From Phoronis australis (Eukaryota > Animalia > Phoronida): a stretch of 64,000 nucleotides of DNA. The notes beneath the pieces were generated by a model, which made no database searches, was not told where the DNA came from, and saw only the letters and a program-made list of their open reading frames with translations. Shown here in pieces: positions 60,889 through 64,000 of this stretch (its first letter is position 1; the number at the start of each line of letters is the position of its first letter). Position numbers and translations under genes: made by a program. Location of the stretch: positions 1,341,855 through 1,405,854 of the forward strand of contig NMRA01000005.1 of NCBI GenBank assembly GCA_002633005.1, read 5' to 3'.

Positions 60889-62721
60889 GTAAACATAACA
60901 TGTTTATAGATTTTGCCATTGGTTGCACCGAAACTTGAAAATTAATTGGCTGAACGAGCCTAGTCATTCAAGTCATTGCCTTTGGTTGGAAGAACATATG
61001 GTTCTCATATCGCATTAGCCGGCGTCACGGTAAATAGGTATCCCTGACCCTAGCAAATAAGTTTTCAAGTAAGAAGAATTCTCTGAAGTGTTCCATTTTA
61101 ACGAAAATAGTATATATGAATAAATTGGTCTCGCTCAAAACTGATTGCCTTTTTTAACTTTTGACCTTTCTGGCTTTCTGAGCCTTTCTGTTCTCTAAAT
61201 ATTATTACTGATATTTTTCTTGCATTGCGAAGTTTCTTGATTTTCTTAGTACAAAATATCATCAGATTAATCTGGGTCAGACATCCGTCAGAGCTGGGTG
61301 TTAGTTCAGTTGTTAAAGTTCCTGCATTTAACTTATTAACTTGTTTGAAAAACAAATAACAACAACAAATGACACACATCTGGTATGATAGTTAAAAAAT
61401 GTTGGATGGGTAGCAAAAATCATCTTATTTGGCTAGCTTATAATATAAATAGTGAATTTGTTCAAAATTTATTAGACTTAATACGTATATGGTAATTTTC
61501 CACTTAATTTGTACGAAAGTAATTAACAAAATGGTAATTTTCCATTTTCAATGGCTAATTTGTTTTGCACACTATGGGAACCGTAGAATAAAAGATGTTG
61601 TTTTATGACATATACACACTGCAAACCATGATTGTAATTAAAATGTTCTTAACCTTTACTTTTGTCAAGAAATTTAACAAAGCAGAATTTCGCTTGGCCA
61701 TATTGTGAAGAATTATTGTGAATTGAGAGTCGAAACGGCTGAATTCATTGGTCAGATGAAAGAGTGAATTGGCTACTTCAGTTAATGGCTGAATGAGACA
61801 ATGACTGAAAGGAAGCCGACTGTACTTGAGGCATCTATTGAGGTAGTTGGTCCACAAATGCTGCATTTTAACATGGGGCTGTTTTGGTAATCCTCCTTTG
61901 TATTGTGCCATTCGATAACTTTGAGCGAAAATATACTGAAAAAACGAAAGCCCAGCATATTCAGACTAACCTGTCAATAAACTTTGGCCTTTTTGATGTT
62001 AATTGACTCTTTACTCTTACAAGTTATTTAAATTCAATCCTTTTAACAGTGTGATATTACTTGTGTGGCTTATTGTTAAAAAGTGTTCGTAAGCCTTTGG
62101 CTCAATTTAGTCAGCTAATCAGCATAATTTCCATATTTATGATGAACCATTGAGCTGGAGATAATAGTTTTGCCAGTGTATTGTACTTGATCTGTTATTT
62201 AAAGACAACTGTTTCCTTACACACTGTTTCCTTAGTTCTTTATTTTACTAATTGCCAATTGAATTGGTTGAGCACTCCTATTACAGAGTGATTGACTGTT
62301 CGCCTTTGATGTCCGGCTGACATTATCATAATTTATAGCATTTTGTTAGCACAAGACTGGGTGATGAAAATACAATGCAGTACAAATGAAAATTCTGCCA
62401 ATTTGTAGTCTCTTACTTGTTGATGAAATTGCATCTTTTTCAGGGATCATTTTAGAAAAACGCACGTCTGCGGTCCAATTTGGAGGACCTATGGTCCATG
62501 TTAGTTTTTGGTTCTTTCGTGCTGGGCTGGTTGGCGTGAGCTAAGTAAACACAGTGTGTCATTGAAAGTATTTTTTCGCCAATGACCTGTGACGCACTTC
62601 TAAAATTATCCCTGGTTTTAAGGTCCATTTAAACTCATCGAATACAGCTGAAAATTAATTGTTGTATTTAACTTTCTTATTAACTGTTCACATACAACTT
62701 ACAGATAAGATTTAAGCTACC

Positions 62722-63142
62722 ATGGAAAAACACAGCCCCGTGGCTGAGAGTGCCGATGTTGCGACCTCGGCACTGCTTCACTCAAACTTGGTTTCTCAAA
62801 GCACTTCACTAGCTAAGACTTGTGACCAGGACACTGTAGTTCCACAACATACTGACACGTCTTCAAATAAATCTACAGTGTCATCGCCGACTATGATGAC
62901 CAACACTGGTGCTGAAGTGGACACTGTGTCAGGTGATGGTGACAGTGTCATGCCTGGTGAAAATAAGACAGAAAAATTACAAACTGATGAAGATGGACAG
63001 AATTTAAATGAGAATTCGAATCCTGGTGATAAAGGCAGTGAGGTTAAAACTGCTGACAAGAGGACGGGGGAAACGTGCGAGGTTTCACCTGAGGTATTAC
63101 AGCCGTTATCTGAGACGGACACATTCAGCTCGGAGGATGAAG
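62722..63142 (+). CDS. First coding exon of an unidentified gene (Ser/Thr/Glu/Asp-rich, probably disordered N-terminus); gene continues beyond the window
   Basis: Acceptor cttacag|62705, ACCATGG start context, 140 open codons ending ...TFSSEDE G|gtaaat; composition looks like a real disordered region. Confidence 0.7.
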
Positions 63143-64000
63143 GTAAATGCAGATTTGGTTTACACCTCAAGTATGCGAAATATGACTTAGAGAGTAGGGA
63201 AAACATTTGCAGTTGAATTGCTGCAATCGCAGCATTGTTAGTACAGGGTCCCAGTTTCATGGTCTGCTTGTGGCAGAAATCTTTGAGATTTTTTAGGTCA
63301 CAATAGATCACAGTAAAATATTTACCTACTGGTGAAAATGTAAAGTTTTTCCCAAAAGCTGTGGTGAAATGAAAATATTTATCAACTGGCGAAATGGCAA
63401 AATATTAACCAAATGATAAAATGTTTACCTGCTGGTAAAATATTTACCAACAAGTGATATGGTAAATTAGTTAGGGCTGTTCCAGTAAAATCCGTGTGGG
63501 AGGGGGGGGGACGGCAGTAGAAATAAAAATTCATGGGTGGTGGTCTTCAGAAAAAAACTCAAATTATGGGTGGTCGTTCCTGTAAGAAGTGATGCATTAA
63601 AAATGGGTGGTATTTTTTTACCTGTTAATGTCAATAGGTTAGTTACTTCAGCCCTAAAAACTCAAAAAAAATGCAATTGTCCTAACTTATCCAAATACAA
63701 AAAAGCCCATATTGCCAGTGAACAGAGTGCAATGTGTTCACTAAGCCATTAATCAAGTCATGGGCAACTTGATTTGAGCCAACTGTTTGTCTGCAGTCCT
63801 ATTGAATTGAAAAGTTATGCAACACTGAACTGGTGTTAACACATATAAGAAAATTGATGATTTTTAAATAAAAAGTATGAGGAGTAAGATAAACAAGTTC
63901 CAATATTCACTTGACATAGAAGTATAGAAGAGTTCGTGGAGACAGTTTGAGATTCATAGATCCTTATAAATGAAAAAATGTTCATTGAAATTATAGACAC

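Noticed and set aside
62796-63311. 171-aa minus-strand ORF
   Set aside because: Antisense to the better-supported plus-strand exon 62722-63142

Overview
Eukaryotic (animal) genomic DNA: AT-rich, intron-rich, draft assembly with one ~400-N gap and three single-N joins. It is probably a marine invertebrate (inference only). The ORF track misses most real genes because they are spliced. Splicing by hand gives, on the minus strand: (1) ribosomal protein RPL29/eL29 (52 aa, three coding exons, TCT/TOP first exon near 27778) whose last intron is about 15.7 kb; (2) RTCB tRNA-splicing ligase, with 10 coding exons found (37255-48170) and the exon carrying the catalytic guanylylated His absent, most likely lost at the N-join next to a 46-bp minisatellite; (3) two tandem, two-exon, Cys-rich caveolin genes. 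On the plus strand an unidentified gene starts near the right edge (coding exon 62722-63142). The rest is MITEs, tRNA-derived SINE heads, an L2/CR1-type LINE 3' end, a DINE-1/Helentron-like element and minisatellites. The leads most worth following: the giant RPL29 intron, which holds enhancer-like motif clusters, a correctly spaced TATA-Inr candidate and several well-bounded non-coding exon candidates (a nested/overlapping transcript or poison exons); and a ~148-bp-periodic array of co-oriented CTCF-like motifs in an RTCB intron. No prokaryotic-type system (CRISPR etc.) is present.
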